DNA of 64,000 bases from Macrostomum lignano (taxonomy: Eukaryota). The notes below the pieces were generated by a model. The model saw only the letters and a program-made list of their open reading frames with translations, did not search any database and was not told the origin of the DNA. Positions within the stretch are counted from its first letter, which is position 1; each line of letters opens with the position of its first letter. Where the stretch lies: assembly GCA_002269645.1 (NCBI GenBank), contig NIVC01000184.1:372001-436000 (forward strand), given 5' to 3'. This document shows positions 14,130 to 27,666 of this stretch, in pieces. The translations under genes were made by a program, and so were the position numbers.

Positions 14130-14585
14130 GAAAGTGGGGTTGGGAGGGGCCAATAAACAATCGATAATAATAAAGTGGGAGGGGTAGCCGGGTTAGGAAA
14201 GTGGGGTTGGGACTGAGGGGCCAATAAACAGTCGATAACAATAAAGTGGGAGGGGTAGCAGGATAGGAAAGTGGGGTTGGGACTGAGGGGCCAATAGACA
14301 GTCGATAACAATAAAGTCGGAGGGGTAGCAGTATAGGAAAGTGGGGTTGGGACTGAGGGGCCAATAGACAGTCGATAACAATAAAGTGGGGGGGGGTAGC
14401 AGGGATAGGAAAGTGGGGTTGGGACTGAGGGGCCAATAGACAGTCGATAACAATAAAGTCGGAGGGGTAGCAGTATAGGAAAGTGGGGTTGGGACTGAGG
14501 GGCCAATAAACAGTTGATAACAATGAAGTGGGGGGGGGGGTAGCAGGGATAGGAAAGTGGGGTTGGGACTGAGGGGCCAATAAAC
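14130..14585. repeat. 70-bp G-rich intronic minisatellite
   Basis: ~6.5 copies (AAAGTGGGG at 14198, 14268, 14338); multiple G3-G8 runs. Confidence 0.95.
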
Positions 14586-15354
14586 AACAATGGATAGTCT
14601 AAGAAAATCAAGAGGGGAAGGTTAGCAGGGCGGGAAACAGGGGGGCTGTGGCTGAGGGACCAACTATTCAAGAAAATGAACGCCCATCAATGCCCAGTGT
14701 AGAGAGGTTTAACAAGGATAAGAAAGTGGTGGGGTTGGGGTATGCGGTCCCGAACGGCAGTAAATCGATAAAGAGTTAATTATCGATTAATTAAAGCGTC
14801 GGTCGGGAGGAGATGTCAGGGGGGGCTAGAAAAGCAATCCTTAACCATAGCATAACTCCAGCAGACCATCTAAATGAATTAATTTACTGGTAGTTGTGCA
14901 TGCGACAGTGAAATAAATAGCTGTTTATTAGGCAAAATCAATAGGAATTGGTTCAGTACTTCAGTAAGAGCGAAAATACATGTAAGCTTCTTAATAAGTG
15001 CGTCTATTTTTGTCTCGTATTTGAACTAACCAGCTGTAGCATAAACATATTTTTTCCTAAAACGCCAAAAAAGCTAAAAGGAGTGAAAAAGTGAAGCTCA
15101 TAAATTAGTGCTGTGACTCCTGTTCGATAGACGTCTAAGACAAAACTCTCAGTTATTTGTTTCCATTTTTGGCACTTCCTTAAAATTTTATGGCCTTTTA
15201 TAATTTTTAGACCTGATATACATCATATAACACAATAAATTTTTGCCTTTCTGTATACATGAATGTGAGAATGGTGTTGTTGTAGCAGAACGGCAACGCT
15301 CTCCGACTCAGTTCGATCTAATTCCCAATTACTCAACTGTAGTCTAAGGCGAAC

Positions 15355-15565
15355 CGAGCCGCACTAGCTGTTGGTCTAGCGCGGCGCTCTGGTGTGCCAG
15401 CGGCCCAGGCTCGATTCCAAGTGCAGTCACATTAATTTGGGCCAAATAGAAATCTCGGCTTGGCTCTGCTCGTGCAATCAACGCCCTTGAGGGCCAACCC
15501 CCAAGGCACAGTGAAGTGTACATGCCTAACGATGAATAAAGTTAGGGCCGCTGTACACTCTTTTA
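15355..15565 (+). mobile_element. tRNA-derived SINE, family B
   Basis: A/B-box-like head (GGCTCGATTCC); body shared with 49645-49840. Confidence 0.7.
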
Positions 15566-17535
15566 ACTAAACTATTTGCGCGCTTGTCTGCCTGCTCAAG
15601 GGGAGTCGGCGTAATGGGCAGTAATGCCCCTCGTAGGTTGTTTGACAATGTCGCTTTAGGTGCACCAGGATGCACACAGACCCCTGCATTTAACTAAACT
15701 ATCTAGCACTGTGGTCTTTGTTTGTGACAAATTATATAGTCGCTTTCACACCTGAGCTTGCCCACCGTATTACTGATGAGTTGCTATACCTCAGTTTATC
15801 AGCCCTATAATGATACTATGGGACAATATTTATTTCACTACGGCTAGTTGTTGTCTCACTCCTTGAGATATGAGCAGAACTGCAGCAGAGCTAAAACATC
15901 TCTACAATGGGACAGGAAAAGCAAAATTACGACAAAGCTGCATGGATGAAGCAGTAGCAAAAAGTTTCGGGTCACAGTCAGTCGTGTTGACTTTATAATT
16001 AGAGAGCTCGAGTTTCTTCTCAGGGTTGCAGAGGCCGGGGCTGAGAAAAAAGACAAGAAACATTATTTTGCAGAGCATGCAGCTCGAGAACGCTAATCAT
16101 TATAGAAGCCTGCTGCCTCTTTGACTGCAGCCCCGTCTCCCTATCCGATGCTACTGCAAAGTCATCTCTCAAACAAGCAATCTCTTTAGCCTCAATATCT
16201 TGTTGAAGATCCTGAACCTCTGTTAGACCCATGATGAACGAGAAATACTTTTGAATCAATTTGGAGATTAAAGGAATGATATGAAATCTATATTTTGTCA
16301 AAAAGGCGATGTATATAAATGAAGTGTGCTCCTTTGCGTAGTATCCGGTTTACACACAGCATCCAAGGATGGATTTGACTCCGAGTTGATGCAGCCACTC
16401 CTTGTTCAATACCGCGGGCATTGGCAGACAAAGTGCTGGGAATTTTCATTGTCTAAACATTAGAAGGGGGCAAGGAGCCGACGGGAGCTGGAACGTTCCT
16501 CTCTTAGCCAGAGTCGGGCAGATTGTTGCCCTTGCTAGAATCCTGAGTTGCCCCGGGATTTCTTGGCGGTGCAGCTTAGGGCTCGCTGAGCGACCTGGCT
16601 GTCGTAGTGGATGATAATCGTCTTTCTAATAGCGCACTTGCGTTGCTGCAACACAGTTCTGCGGCGCCAGGAGCTGATAGCAAGGATTTTTTCTGAAAGA
16701 CGCTGGAGAGTCTTTTAGTATGCAGGGTGTGGATTGCACTCACACAAATTTTGATTAAGATGCAGATCCCAAAGCTAGGTGAGGCCGTCTTCCAGGGAGC
16801 CATCTTTGAATCAGTGGACCTCTTCTGAAAGTTTCAATGGTCGTTGACGTCCTAATGAAGGGTGATCTAGAACTGTACGCCGAGCCAAGAACTGGAGGTT
16901 CTAGGCTCGGCGTACGGCATCCAAGAGAATGCTCAGACTCTTGCAAGGTCAGAGTGCGGCAGAAGCTGACGCTTCGCTATGGCTCTATAAAGCTTTGAAT
17001 TGGACCGCTCGAAGTGATGATCATGCGACACGCACGCCCCTGTGCACCTTCTGAGAGCCTCAAAACATGTCTTAATCCACAGGGAGATAGCCCAAAATTA
17101 TTCCACCGTATGAAACTGCTGGTTTAAGTCTGGCGGTTAGGTTCCACAAGAGGCGTACCAAAGGTCCTACACAGCTGCGATAGGATTGCAAAGGCTTTTT
17201 TTACTTTTGGCTTGAACCTTTGACTTCTGGCTTTTTTCGCTCTGCTCTTTGCTCGGGGGCGGAGCACTGCCGTCTCAGGCTCTCTGAAACCAAAAACTGC
17301 CGAGATTACGTTCACCAGCAGAGTTAAATAGCAAAGCCGTCGGCTCACGCTTTGCAGAAAAGAAATCTTCCTCTGTAAATAAAATTGGGGGGGGGCTAAT
17401 GTTGTCTCTCATGGTCTGATGGTTCCGACGCCACAGTAGTGACGTCATAAGCTTATCCGGCCAAGGGATCAAGGTGAGCATCCTGGAGGAGCTCCAGCTG
17501 GCTCCACTGCCAACTTTTCCCCCTAACCCTCGCAG

Positions 17536-17855
17536 GACTCAACCGGAAGAAGCAGCGCGTCGAGCAGCGAGTGATCCGCCGACGCAATTCCGAGCTGACC
17601 GCCAACATGATTCGCTCGTCGGCTGCCCAGCGGAGGCGTCAATTCACCACTCTGCTGGAGGAGCATCGCCTGATCGTGCAGAGGCTGGAGCAGATGCAGC
17701 TCGCTGCTGCTGCAGCAGCCGCCACCGAGGATGAAGCTGGCGACTCTCAGAGGGCACCAAGTCTGGCTGAGATCGCCGAGAACAACGCCACGGCCGAGAG
17801 GCAAAGCGAAGATGTTGCAGTTGAGAGCAAATGCGACGAGTCCGATGTTAAATAA
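17536..17855 (+). CDS. Orphan two-exon gene, exon 2 (basic helical region plus acidic tail); 179 aa in total
   Basis: Acceptor CCTCGCAG|GA, phase 1 matching exon 1; reads AGLR-G-LNRKKQRVEQRVIRRRNSEL...DVK-stop. Confidence 0.7.
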
Positions 17856-18377
17856 GGATGTCTGAATGTCGAATGAGCGCTGTTGAATTGCCAGTACGCG
17901 TAAATGCATGACATGAGGGTTTGGGAAAGTGAATCTGGTCAATAATATTATACTACTATATACAGTCGGTAACACTTCTGTAGTTACGGTGTAACATCCA
18001 ATGCCGGAACGTGTAATTTTTTCGAAACTAAAGTAATGCTTCACGTACACTAACTTAATTTTTATTAGACATTCCTACCATGGGAAAGCTGTGTAAAAAT
18101 TTGGTGAAAGTAAAACTTTGTCTAATACTCGCTTCATTATATAGCAGGGAACGCGATTAATAAAAAGTTATCAATATTTTAAGCTTTATTATCGATATAA
18201 GTGTTAAAATTATACAGTACTGAGTTTCTTAACCATTCTTTTCTTGCATAAACATAACTTATACTTAGAAAGTAACCTCACAACCGACTGTTTTCAATTA
18301 CACTCGCAGTAAAAGTTGTTTAATGGACTCGACGAAGTTTGCCTTAAAGTGGTCTAAACATGCTATGTAGGAATTGA

Positions 18378-21300
18378 CTGCAGATTCAAGAACTGAGGGT
18401 AGAGTAGAGAGGCTGCAGATTCAAGAACTGAGGGTAGAGTAGAGAGGCTGCAGATTCAAGAAATGAGGGTACAGTAGAGAGGCTGCAAATTCAAGAACTG
18501 AGGGTAGAGTAGAGAGGCTGCAGATTCAAGAACTGAGGGTACAGTAGAGAGGCTGCAGATTCAAGAACTGAGGGTAGAGTAGAGAGGCTGCAGATTCAAA
18601 AACTGAGGGTAGAGTAGAGAGGCTGCAGGTTCAAGAACTGAGGGTAGAGTAGAGAGGCTGCAGATTCAAGAACTGAGGGTAGAGTAGAGGCTGCAGATTC
18701 AAGAACTGAGGGTAGAGTAGAGGCTGCAGATTCAAGAACTGAGGGTAGAGTAGAGAAACTGCAGATTCAAGAGCTGAGGGTAGAGTAGAGAGGCTGCAGA
18801 TTCAAGAACTGAGGGTAGAGTAGAGAGGCTGCAGATTCAAAAACTGAGGGTGGAGTAGAGAGGCTGCAGATTCAAGAACTGAGAGTATAGTAGAGAGGCT
18901 GCAGATTCAAGAGCTGAGGGTAGAGTAGAAAGGCTGCAGATTCAAAAACTGAGGGTAGAGTAGAGAGGCTGCAGATTCAAGAACTGAGGGTAGAGTAGAG
19001 AGGCTGCAGATTCAAGAACTGAGGGTAGAGTAGAGAGGCTGCAGATTCAAGAGCTGAGGGTAGAGTAGAGAGGCTGCAGATTCAAGAACTGACGGTAGAG
19101 TAGAGAGGCTGCAGGTTCAAGAACTGAGGGATGGAGTAGAGGCTGCAGATTCAAGAACTGAGGGTAGAGTAGAGAGGCTGCAGATTCAAGAAATGAGGGT
19201 AGAGTAGAGAGGCTGCAGATTCAAGAAATGAGGGTAGAGTAGAAAGGCTGCAGATTCAAGAACTGAGGGTAGAGTAGAGAGGCTGCAGATTCAAGAACTG
19301 AGAGTAGAGTAGAGAGGCTGCAGATTCAAGAACTGACGGTAGAGTAGAAAGGCTGCAGATTCAAGAACTGAGGGTAGAGTAGAGAGGCCGCAGATTCAAG
19401 AACTGAGGGTAGAGTAGAGAGGCTGCAGATTCAAGAACTGAGAGTATAGTAGAGAGGCTGCAGGTTCAAGAACTGAGGGTAGAGTAGAGAGGCTGCAGAT
19501 TCAAGAGCTGAGGGTAGAGTAGAGGCTGCAAATTCAAGAACTCAGAGTAGAGTAGAGAGGCTGCAGGTTCAAGAACTCAGGGTAGAGTAGAGAGGCTGCA
19601 GGTTCAAGAACTGAGGGTAGAGTAGAGAGGCTGCAGATTCAAGAAATGAGGGTAGAGTAGAGAGGCTGCAGGTTCAAGAACTGAGGGTAGAGTAGAGAGG
19701 CTGCAGATTCAAGAAATGAGGGTACAGTAGAGAGGCTGCAAATTCAAGAACTGAGGGTAGAGTAGAGAGGCTGCAGATTCAAGAACTGAGGGTACAGTAG
19801 AGAGGCTGCAGATTCAAGAACTGAGGGTAGAGTAGAGAGGCTGCAGATTCAAAAACTGAGGGTAGAGTAGAGAGGCTGCAGGTTCAAGAACTGAGGGTAG
19901 AGTAGAGAGGCTGCAGATTCAAGAACTGAGGGTAGAGTAGAGGCTGCAGATTCAAGAACTGAGGGTAGAGTAGAGGCTGCAGATTCAAGAACTGAGGGTA
20001 GAGTAGAGAAACTGCAGATTCAAGAGCTGAGGGTAGAGTAGAGAGGCTGCAGATTCAAGAACTGAGGGTAGAGTAGAGAGGCTGCAGATTCAAAAACTGA
20101 GGGTAGAGTAGAGAGGCTGCAGATTCAAGAACTGAGAGTATAGTAGAGAGGCTGCAGATTCAAGAGCTGAGGGTAGAGTAGAGAGGCTGCAGATTCAAAA
20201 ACTGAGGGTAGAGTAGAGAGGCTGCAGATTCAAGAACTGAGGGTAGAGTAGAGAGGCTGCAGATTCAAGAACTGAGGGTAGAGTAGAGAGGCTGCAGATT
20301 CAAGAGCTGAGGGTAGAGTAGAGAGGCTGCAGATTCAAGAACTGACGGTAGAGTAGAGAGGCTGCAGGTTCAAGAACTGAGGGATGGAGTAGAGGCTGCA
20401 GATTCAAGAACTGAGGGTAGAGTAGAGAGGCTGCAGATTCAAGAAATGAGGGTAGAGTAGAGAGGCTGCAGATTCAAGAAATGAGGGTAGAGTAGAAAGG
20501 CTGCAGATTCAAGAACTGAGGGTAGAGTAGAGAGGCTGCAGATTCAAGAACTGAGAGTAGAGTAGAGAGGCTGCAGATTCAAGAACTGACGGTAGAGTAG
20601 AAAGGCTGCAGATTCAAGAACTGAGGGTAGAGTAGAGAGGCCGCAGATTCAAGAACTGAGGGTAGAGTAGAGAGGCTGCAGATTCAAGAACTGAGAGTAT
20701 AGTAGAGAGGCTGCAGGTTCAAGAACTGAGGGTAGAGTAGAGAGGCTGCAGATTCAAGAGCTGAGGGTAGAGTAGAGGCTGCAAATTCAAGAACTCAGAG
20801 TAGAGTAGAGAGGCTGCAGGTTCAAGAACTCAGGGTAGAGTAGAGAGGCTGCAGGTTCAAGAACTGAGGGTAGAGTAGAGAGGCTGCAGATTCAAGAAAT
20901 GAGGGTAGAGTAGAGAGGCTGCAGGTTCAAGAACTGAGGGTAGAGTAGAGAGGCTGCAGATTCAAGAAATGAGGGTAGAGTAGAGAGGCTGCAGGTTCAA
21001 GAACTGAGGGTAGAGTAGAGAGGCTGCAGATTCAAGAACTGAGGGTAGAGTAGAGAGGCTGCAGATTCAAGAACTGAGGGTAGAGTAGAGAGGCTGCAGA
21101 TTCAAGAAATGAGGGTACAGTAGAGAGGCTGCAAATTCAAGAACTGAGGGTAGAGTAGAGAGGCTGCAGATTCAAGAACTGAGGGTACAGTAGAGAGGCT
21201 GCAGATTCAAGAACTGAGGGTAGAGTAGAGAGGCTGCAGATTCAAAACTGAGGGTAGAGTAGAGAGGCTGCAGGTTCAAGAACTGAGGGTAGAGTAGAGA

Positions 21301-24300
21301 GGCTGCAGATTCAAGAACTGAGGGTAGAGTAGAGGCTGCAGATTCAAGAACTGAGGGTAGAGTAGAGGCTGCAGATTCAAGAACTGAGGGTAGAGTAGAG
21401 AAACTGCAGATTCAAGAGCTGAGGGTAGAGTAGAGAGGCTGCAGATTCAAGAAATGAGGGTAGAGTAGAGAGGCTGCAGATTCAAAAACTGAGGGTAGAG
21501 TAGAGAGGCTGCAGATTCAAGAACTGAGAGTATAGTAGAGAGGCTGCAGATTCAAGAGCTGAGGGTAGAGTAGAGAGGCTGCAGATTCAAAACTGAGGGT
21601 AGAGTAGAGAGGCTGCAGATTCAAGAACTGAGGGTAGAGTAGAGAGGCTGCAGATTCAAGAACTGAGGGTAGAGTAGAGAGGCTGCAGATTCAAGAACTG
21701 AGGGTAGAGTAGAGAGGCTGCAGATTCAAGAACTGACGGTAGAGTAGAGAGGCTGCAGGTTCAAGAACTGAGGGATGGAGTAGAGGCTGCAGATTCAAGA
21801 ACTGAGGGTAGAGTAGAGAGGCTGCAGATTCAAGAAATGAGGGTAGAGTAGAGAGGCTGCAGATTCAAGAAATGAGGGTAGAGTAGAAAGGCTGCAGATT
21901 CAAGAACTGAGGGTAGAGTAGAGAGGCTGCAGATTCAAGAACTGAGAGTAGAGTAGAGAGGCTGCAGATTCAAGAACTGACGGTAGAGTAGAAAGGCTGC
22001 AGATTCAAGAACTGAGGGTAGAGTAGAGAGGCCGCAGATTCAAGAACTGAGGGTAGAGTAGAGAGGCTGCAGATTCAAGAACTGAGAGTATAGTAGAGAG
22101 GCTGCAGGTTCAAGAACTGAGGGTAGAGTAGAGAGGCTGCAGATTCAAGAGCTGAGGGTAGAGTAGAGGCTGCAAATTCAAGAACTCAGAGTAGAGTAGA
22201 GAGGCTGCAGGTTCAAGAACTCAGGGTAGAGTAGAGAGGCTGCAGTTCAAGAACTGAGGGTAGAGTAGAGAGGCTGCAGATTCAAGAAATGAGGGTAGAG
22301 TAGAGAGGCTGCAGGTTCAAGAACTGAGGGTAGAGTAGAGAGGCTGCAGATTCAAGAAATGAGGGTAGAGTAGAGAGGCTGCAGGTTCAAGAACTGAGGG
22401 TAGAGTAGAGAGGCTGCAGATTCAAGAACTGAGGGTAGAGTAGAGAGGCTGCAGATTCAAGAACTGAGGGTAGAGTAGAGAGGCTGCAGGTTCAAGAACT
22501 GAGGGTAGAGTAGAGAGGCTGCAGATTCAAGAACTGAGGGATGAGTAGAGGCTGCAGATTCAAGAACTGAGGGTAGAGTAGAGAGGCTGCAGATTCAAGA
22601 ACTGAGGGTAGAGTAGAGAAACTGCAGATTCAAGAACTGAGAGTATAGTAGAGAGGCTGCAGATTCAAGAACTGAGGGTAGAGTAGAGAGGCTGCAGATT
22701 CAAGAACTGAGGGTAGAGTAGAGAGGCTGCAGATTCAAGAACTGAGGGTAGAGTAGAGAGGCTGCAGATTCAAGAACTGAGGGTAGAGTAGAGAGGCTGC
22801 AGATTCAAGAGCTGAGGGTAGAGTAGAGAGGCTGCAGATTCAAGAACTGAGGGTAGAGTAGAGAGGCTGCAGGTTCAAGAACTGAGGGTAGAGTAGAGAG
22901 GCTGCAGATTCAAGAACTGAGGGAGAGTAGAGGCTGCAGATTCAAGAACTGAGGGTAGAGTAGAGAGGCTGCAGATTCAAGAACTGAGGGTAGAGTAGAG
23001 AGGCTGCAGATTCAAGAACTGAGGGTAGAGTAGAGAGGCTGCAGATTCAAGAACTGAGGGTAGAGTAGAGAGGCTGCAGATTCAAGAACTGAGGGTAGAG
23101 TAGAGAGGCTGCAGATTCAAGAACTGAGGGTAGAGTAGAGAGGCTGCAGATTCAAGAACTGAGGGAGAGTAGAGGCTGCAGATTCAAGAACTGAGGGTAG
23201 AGTAGAGAGGCTGCAGATTCAAGAAATGAGGGTAGAGTAGAGAGGCTGCAGATTCAAGAACTGAGGGTAGAGTAGAAGGCTGCAGATTCAAGAACTGAGG
23301 GTAGAGTAGAGAGGCTGCAGATTCAAGAACTGAGAGTAGAGTAGAGAGGCTGCAGATTCAAGAACTGAGGTAGAGTAGAAGGCTGCAGATTCAAGAACTG
23401 AGGGTAGAGTAGAGAGGCTGCAGATTCAAGAACTGAGGGTAGAGTAGAGAGGCTGCAGATTCAAGAACTGAGAGTATAGTAGAGAGGCTGCAGATTCAAG
23501 AACTGAGGGTAGAGTAGAGAGGCTGCAGATTCAAGAACTGAGGGTAGAGTAGAGGCTGCAATTCAAGAACTGAGGGTAGAGTAGAGAGGCTGCAGGTTCA
23601 AGAACTGAGGGTAGAGTAGAGAGGCTGCAGATTCAAGAACTGAGGGTAGAGTAGAGAGGCTGCAGATTCAAGAACTGAGGGTAGAGTAGAGAGGCTGCAG
23701 ATTCAAGAACTGAGGGTAGAGTAGAGAGGCTGCAGATTCAAGAAATGAGGGTAGAGTAGAGAGGCTGCAGATTCAAGAACTGAGGGTAGAGTAGAGAGGC
23801 TGCAGATTCAAGAACTGAGGGTAGAGTAGAGAGGCTGCAGATTCAAGAACTGAGGGTAGAGTAGAGAGGCTGCAGATTCAAGAAATGAGGGTAGAGTAGA
23901 GAGGCTGCAATTCAAGAACTGAGGGTAGAGTAGAGAGGCTGCAGATTCAAGAACTGAGGGTACAGTAGAGAGGCTGCAGATTCAAGAACTGAGGGTAGAG
24001 TAGAGAGGCTGCAGATTCAAAACTGAGGGTAGAGTAGAGAGGCTGCAGATTCAAGAACTGAGGGTAGAGTAGAGAGGCTGCAGATTCAAGAACTGAGGGT
24101 AGAGTAGAGGCTGCAGATTCAAGAACTGAGGGTAGAGTAGAGGCTGCAGATTCAAGAACTGAGGGTAGAGTAGAGAGGCTGCAGATTCAAGAACTGAGGG
24201 TAGAGTAGAGAGGCTGCAGATTCAAGAACTGAGGGTAGAGTAGAGAGGCTGCAGATTCAAAACTGAGGGTAGAGTAGAGAGGCTGCAGATTCAAGAACTG

Positions 24301-26593
24301 AGGTATAGTAGAGAGGCTGCAGATTCAAGAGCTGAGGGTAGAGTAGAGAGGCTGCAGATTCAAAACTGAGGGTAGAGTAGAGAGGCTGCAGATTCAAGAA
24401 CTGAGGGTAGAGTAGAGAGGCTGCAGATTCAAGAACTGAGGGTAGAGTAGAGAGGCTGCAGATTCAAGAGCTGAGGGTAGAGTAGAGAGGCTGCAGATTC
24501 AAGAACTGAGGTAGAGTAGAGAGGCTGCAGATTCAAGAACTGAGGGAGAGTAGAGGCTGCAGATTCAAGAACTGAGGGTAGAGTAGAGAGGCTGCAGATT
24601 CAAGAAATGAGGGTAGAGTAGAGAGGCTGCAGATTCAAGAAATGAGGGTAGAGTAGAAGGCTGCAGATTCAAGAACTGAGGTAGAGTAGAGAGGCTGCAG
24701 ATTCAAGAACTGAGTAGAGTAGAGAGGCTGCAGATTCAAGAACTGAGGTAGAGTAGAAGGCTGCAGATTCAAGAACTGAGGGTAGAGTAGAGAGGCTGCA
24801 GATTCAAGAACTGAGGGTAGAGTAGAGAGGCTGCAGATTCAAGAACTGAGAGTATAGTAGAGAGGCTGCAGGTTCAAGAACTGAGGGTAGAGTAGAGAGG
24901 CTGCAGATTCAAGAGCTGAGGGTAGAGTAGAGGCTGCAAATTCAAGAACTCAGAGTAGAGTAGAGTAGAGAGGCTGCAGGTTCAAGAACTCAGGGTAGAG
25001 TAGAGAGGCTGCAGGTTCAAGAACTGAGGGTAGAGTAGAGAGGCTGCAGATTCAAGAAATGAGGGTAGAGTAGAGAGGCTGCAGATTCAAGAACTGAGGG
25101 TAGAGTAGAGAGGCTGCAGATTCAAGAACTGAGGGTAGAGTAGAGAGGCTGCAGATTCAAGAACTGAGGGTAGAGTAGAGAGGCTGCAGATTCAAGAACT
25201 GAGGGTAGAGTAGAGAGGCTGCAGATTCAAGAACTGAGGGTAGAGTAGAGAGGCTGCAGATTCAAGAACTGAGGGTAGAGTAGAGAGGCTGCAGATTCAA
25301 GAACTGAGGGATGAGTAGAGGCTGCAGATTCAAGAACTGAGGGTAGAGTAGAGAGGCTGCAGATTCAAGAACTGAGGGTAGAGTAGAGAGGCTGCAGATT
25401 CAAGAACTGAGGTATAGTAGAGAGGCTGCAGATTCAAGAACTGAGGGTAGAGTAGAGAGGCTGCAGATTCAAGAACTGAGGGTAGAGTAGAGAGGCTGCA
25501 GATTCAAGAACTGAGGTATAGTAGAGAGGCTGCAGATTCAAGAACTGAGGGTAGAGTAGAGAGGCTGCAGATTCAAGAACTGAGGGTAGAGTAGAGAGGC
25601 TGCAGGTTCAAGAACTGAGGGTAGAGTAGAGAGGCTGCAGGTTCAAGAACTGAGGGTAGAGTAGAGAGGCTGCAGATTCAAGAACTGAGGGAGAGTAGAG
25701 GCTGCAGATTCAAGAACTGAGGGTAGAGTAGAGAGGCTGCAGATTCAAGAACTGAGGGTAGAGTAGAGAGGCTGCAGATTCAAGAACTGAGGGTAGAGTA
25801 GAGAGGCTGCAGATTCAAGAACTGAGGGTAGAGTAGAGAGGCTGCAGATTCAAGAACTGAGGGTAGAGTAGAGAGGCTGCAGATTCAAGAACTGAGGGTA
25901 GAGTAGAGAGGCTGCAGATTCAAGAACTGAGGGATGAGTAGAGGCTGCAGATTCAAGAACTGAGGGTAGAGTAGAAAAACTGCAGATTCAAGAACTGAGG
26001 GTAGAGTAGAGAGGCTGCAGATTCAAGAACTGAGGGTAGAGTAGAGAGGCTGCAGATTCAAGAACTGAGGGATGGAGTAGAGGCTGCAGATTCAAGAACT
26101 GAGGGTAGAGTAGAAAAACTACAGATTCAAGAACTGAGGGTAGAGTAGAGAGGCTGCAGATTCAAGAACTGAGGGATGAGTAGAGGCTGCAGATTCAAGA
26201 ACTGAGGGTAGAGTAGAAAAACTACAGATTCAAGAACTGAGGGTAGAGTAGAGAAACTGCAGATTCAAGAACTGAGGGTAGAGTAGAGAAACTGCAGATT
26301 CAAAAACTGAGGGTAGAGTAGAGAAACTGCAGATTCAAGAACTGAGGGTAGAGTAGAGAAACTGCAGATTCAAGAACTGAGGGTAGAGTAGAGAAACTGC
26401 AGATTCAAGAACTGAGGGTAGAGTAGAGAAACTGCAGATTCAAGAACTGAGGGTAGAGTAGAGAAACTGCAGATTCAAGAACTGAGGGTACAGTAGAGAG
26501 GCTGCAGGTTCAAGAACTGAGGGTAGAGTAGAGAGGCTGCAGATTCAAGAACTGAGGGTACAGTAGAGAAACTGCAGATTCAAGAACTGAGGG
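18378..26593. repeat. 35-bp satellite array (~235 monomers) with higher-order repeat
   Basis: Unit CTGCAGATTCAAGAACTGAGGGTAGAGTAGAGAGG; diagnostic variants recur at 1253 and ~1391 bp spacing. Confidence 0.99.
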
Positions 26594-27566
26594 GAAGAGC
26601 GGTCAAAGAAATTCGCAAAGTTACATGTACCCCTTGAGCACTGGGCAAGAATTTCGACCCCTGCCATAATTACAAAGCGGAGATGCAAAGGCAGAACGCA
26701 CAGACTTCCTCAGAGCGCACAGAGCCGTTTAGCTTGTGAAGCCACTGTGGTTGTCGCCTTTGAGTGTAAATATTTTCTTTGTCTCCAGACGGATCTGTAA
26801 TCATGTAAATCATAAATTATAATGCATCAGCTCGACCTATCAATTTTTACACAAGTATTCATGCGGAACTATAATTTCCGATGGGGCAGGAATGGGATAA
26901 AAATCGAAGTTAATTAGGCTGTAAATATTTATGTAGCTACTGACACATGGCCTAGCTGTGCTGAAAAGGCACAAGAGACCGGCGCCGGCTAAACTTATTA
27001 AAAATGATGCCACATTTTTATTCAAACTTTGTGCCTCAACGCTTCAGCCGCTCTATAGCATATCAGAGTGGTATTTTCTCATCTACGCTCTTATAATAAA
27101 AGTTAACCCTTTGTCTCGAAAGCTAAGCCAACAGGCCTACTGGTATGAAAATATTAACAACTTCGGGTAGATCAGAGGTAAATTTCCCGATTGCTCAAAT
27201 CAAATCTTTCTTCTAGTAGCAAAAATACATGTAGCGAAATCCGTTGAAGCAGCCGTTTACTTCAAGTACTTTAGTGCATTAAATGTACGATTTCTTTACC
27301 AAAACCACTCGGATGCGTTCGAGAACTTAAGAAATAACAAACGACAACAAAAATGTCGACTGCTCCATTGAGTTTTGTATTTCCCAGAAAAGAGAACACA
27401 TTTATTGATGCGAATTTTTGTTAAAAAAATGACGCATATGTAAATAGAAACTATATACAAATTGCTTTGTTGGCTTGAGAATAAATAAATGCTAGATAAA
27501 AAGCCTTGAAAAAAAGTAAACTGTACTTACACATTTAGCAGTGACGTCTAGAAAATTAATGCTCAC

Positions 27567-27666
27567 CTTTATATTAGTTAAATGCGAGTCAACGTAGTTC
27601 TCCGCATTGGCTGCTTCAAGGATGCTCTTCAGTTTAGGAGACACTTGCCAACTTGAGAGGTCGTGC
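27567..27666 (-). CDS. Secreted alpha/beta-hydrolase, N-half exon 6 (HDLSSWQVSPKLKSILEAANAENYVDSHLTNIK)
   Basis: Acceptor TTGCAG|G and donor AAG|GTGAGC; phase 2 in, phase 0 out; not in the ORF track because it is short. Confidence 0.85.

Noticed and set aside
15850-17300. Coding-looking intronic sequence with several short ORFs
   Set aside because: All frames are interrupted and no domain could be recognised; possibly an ancient TE, but unsupported.
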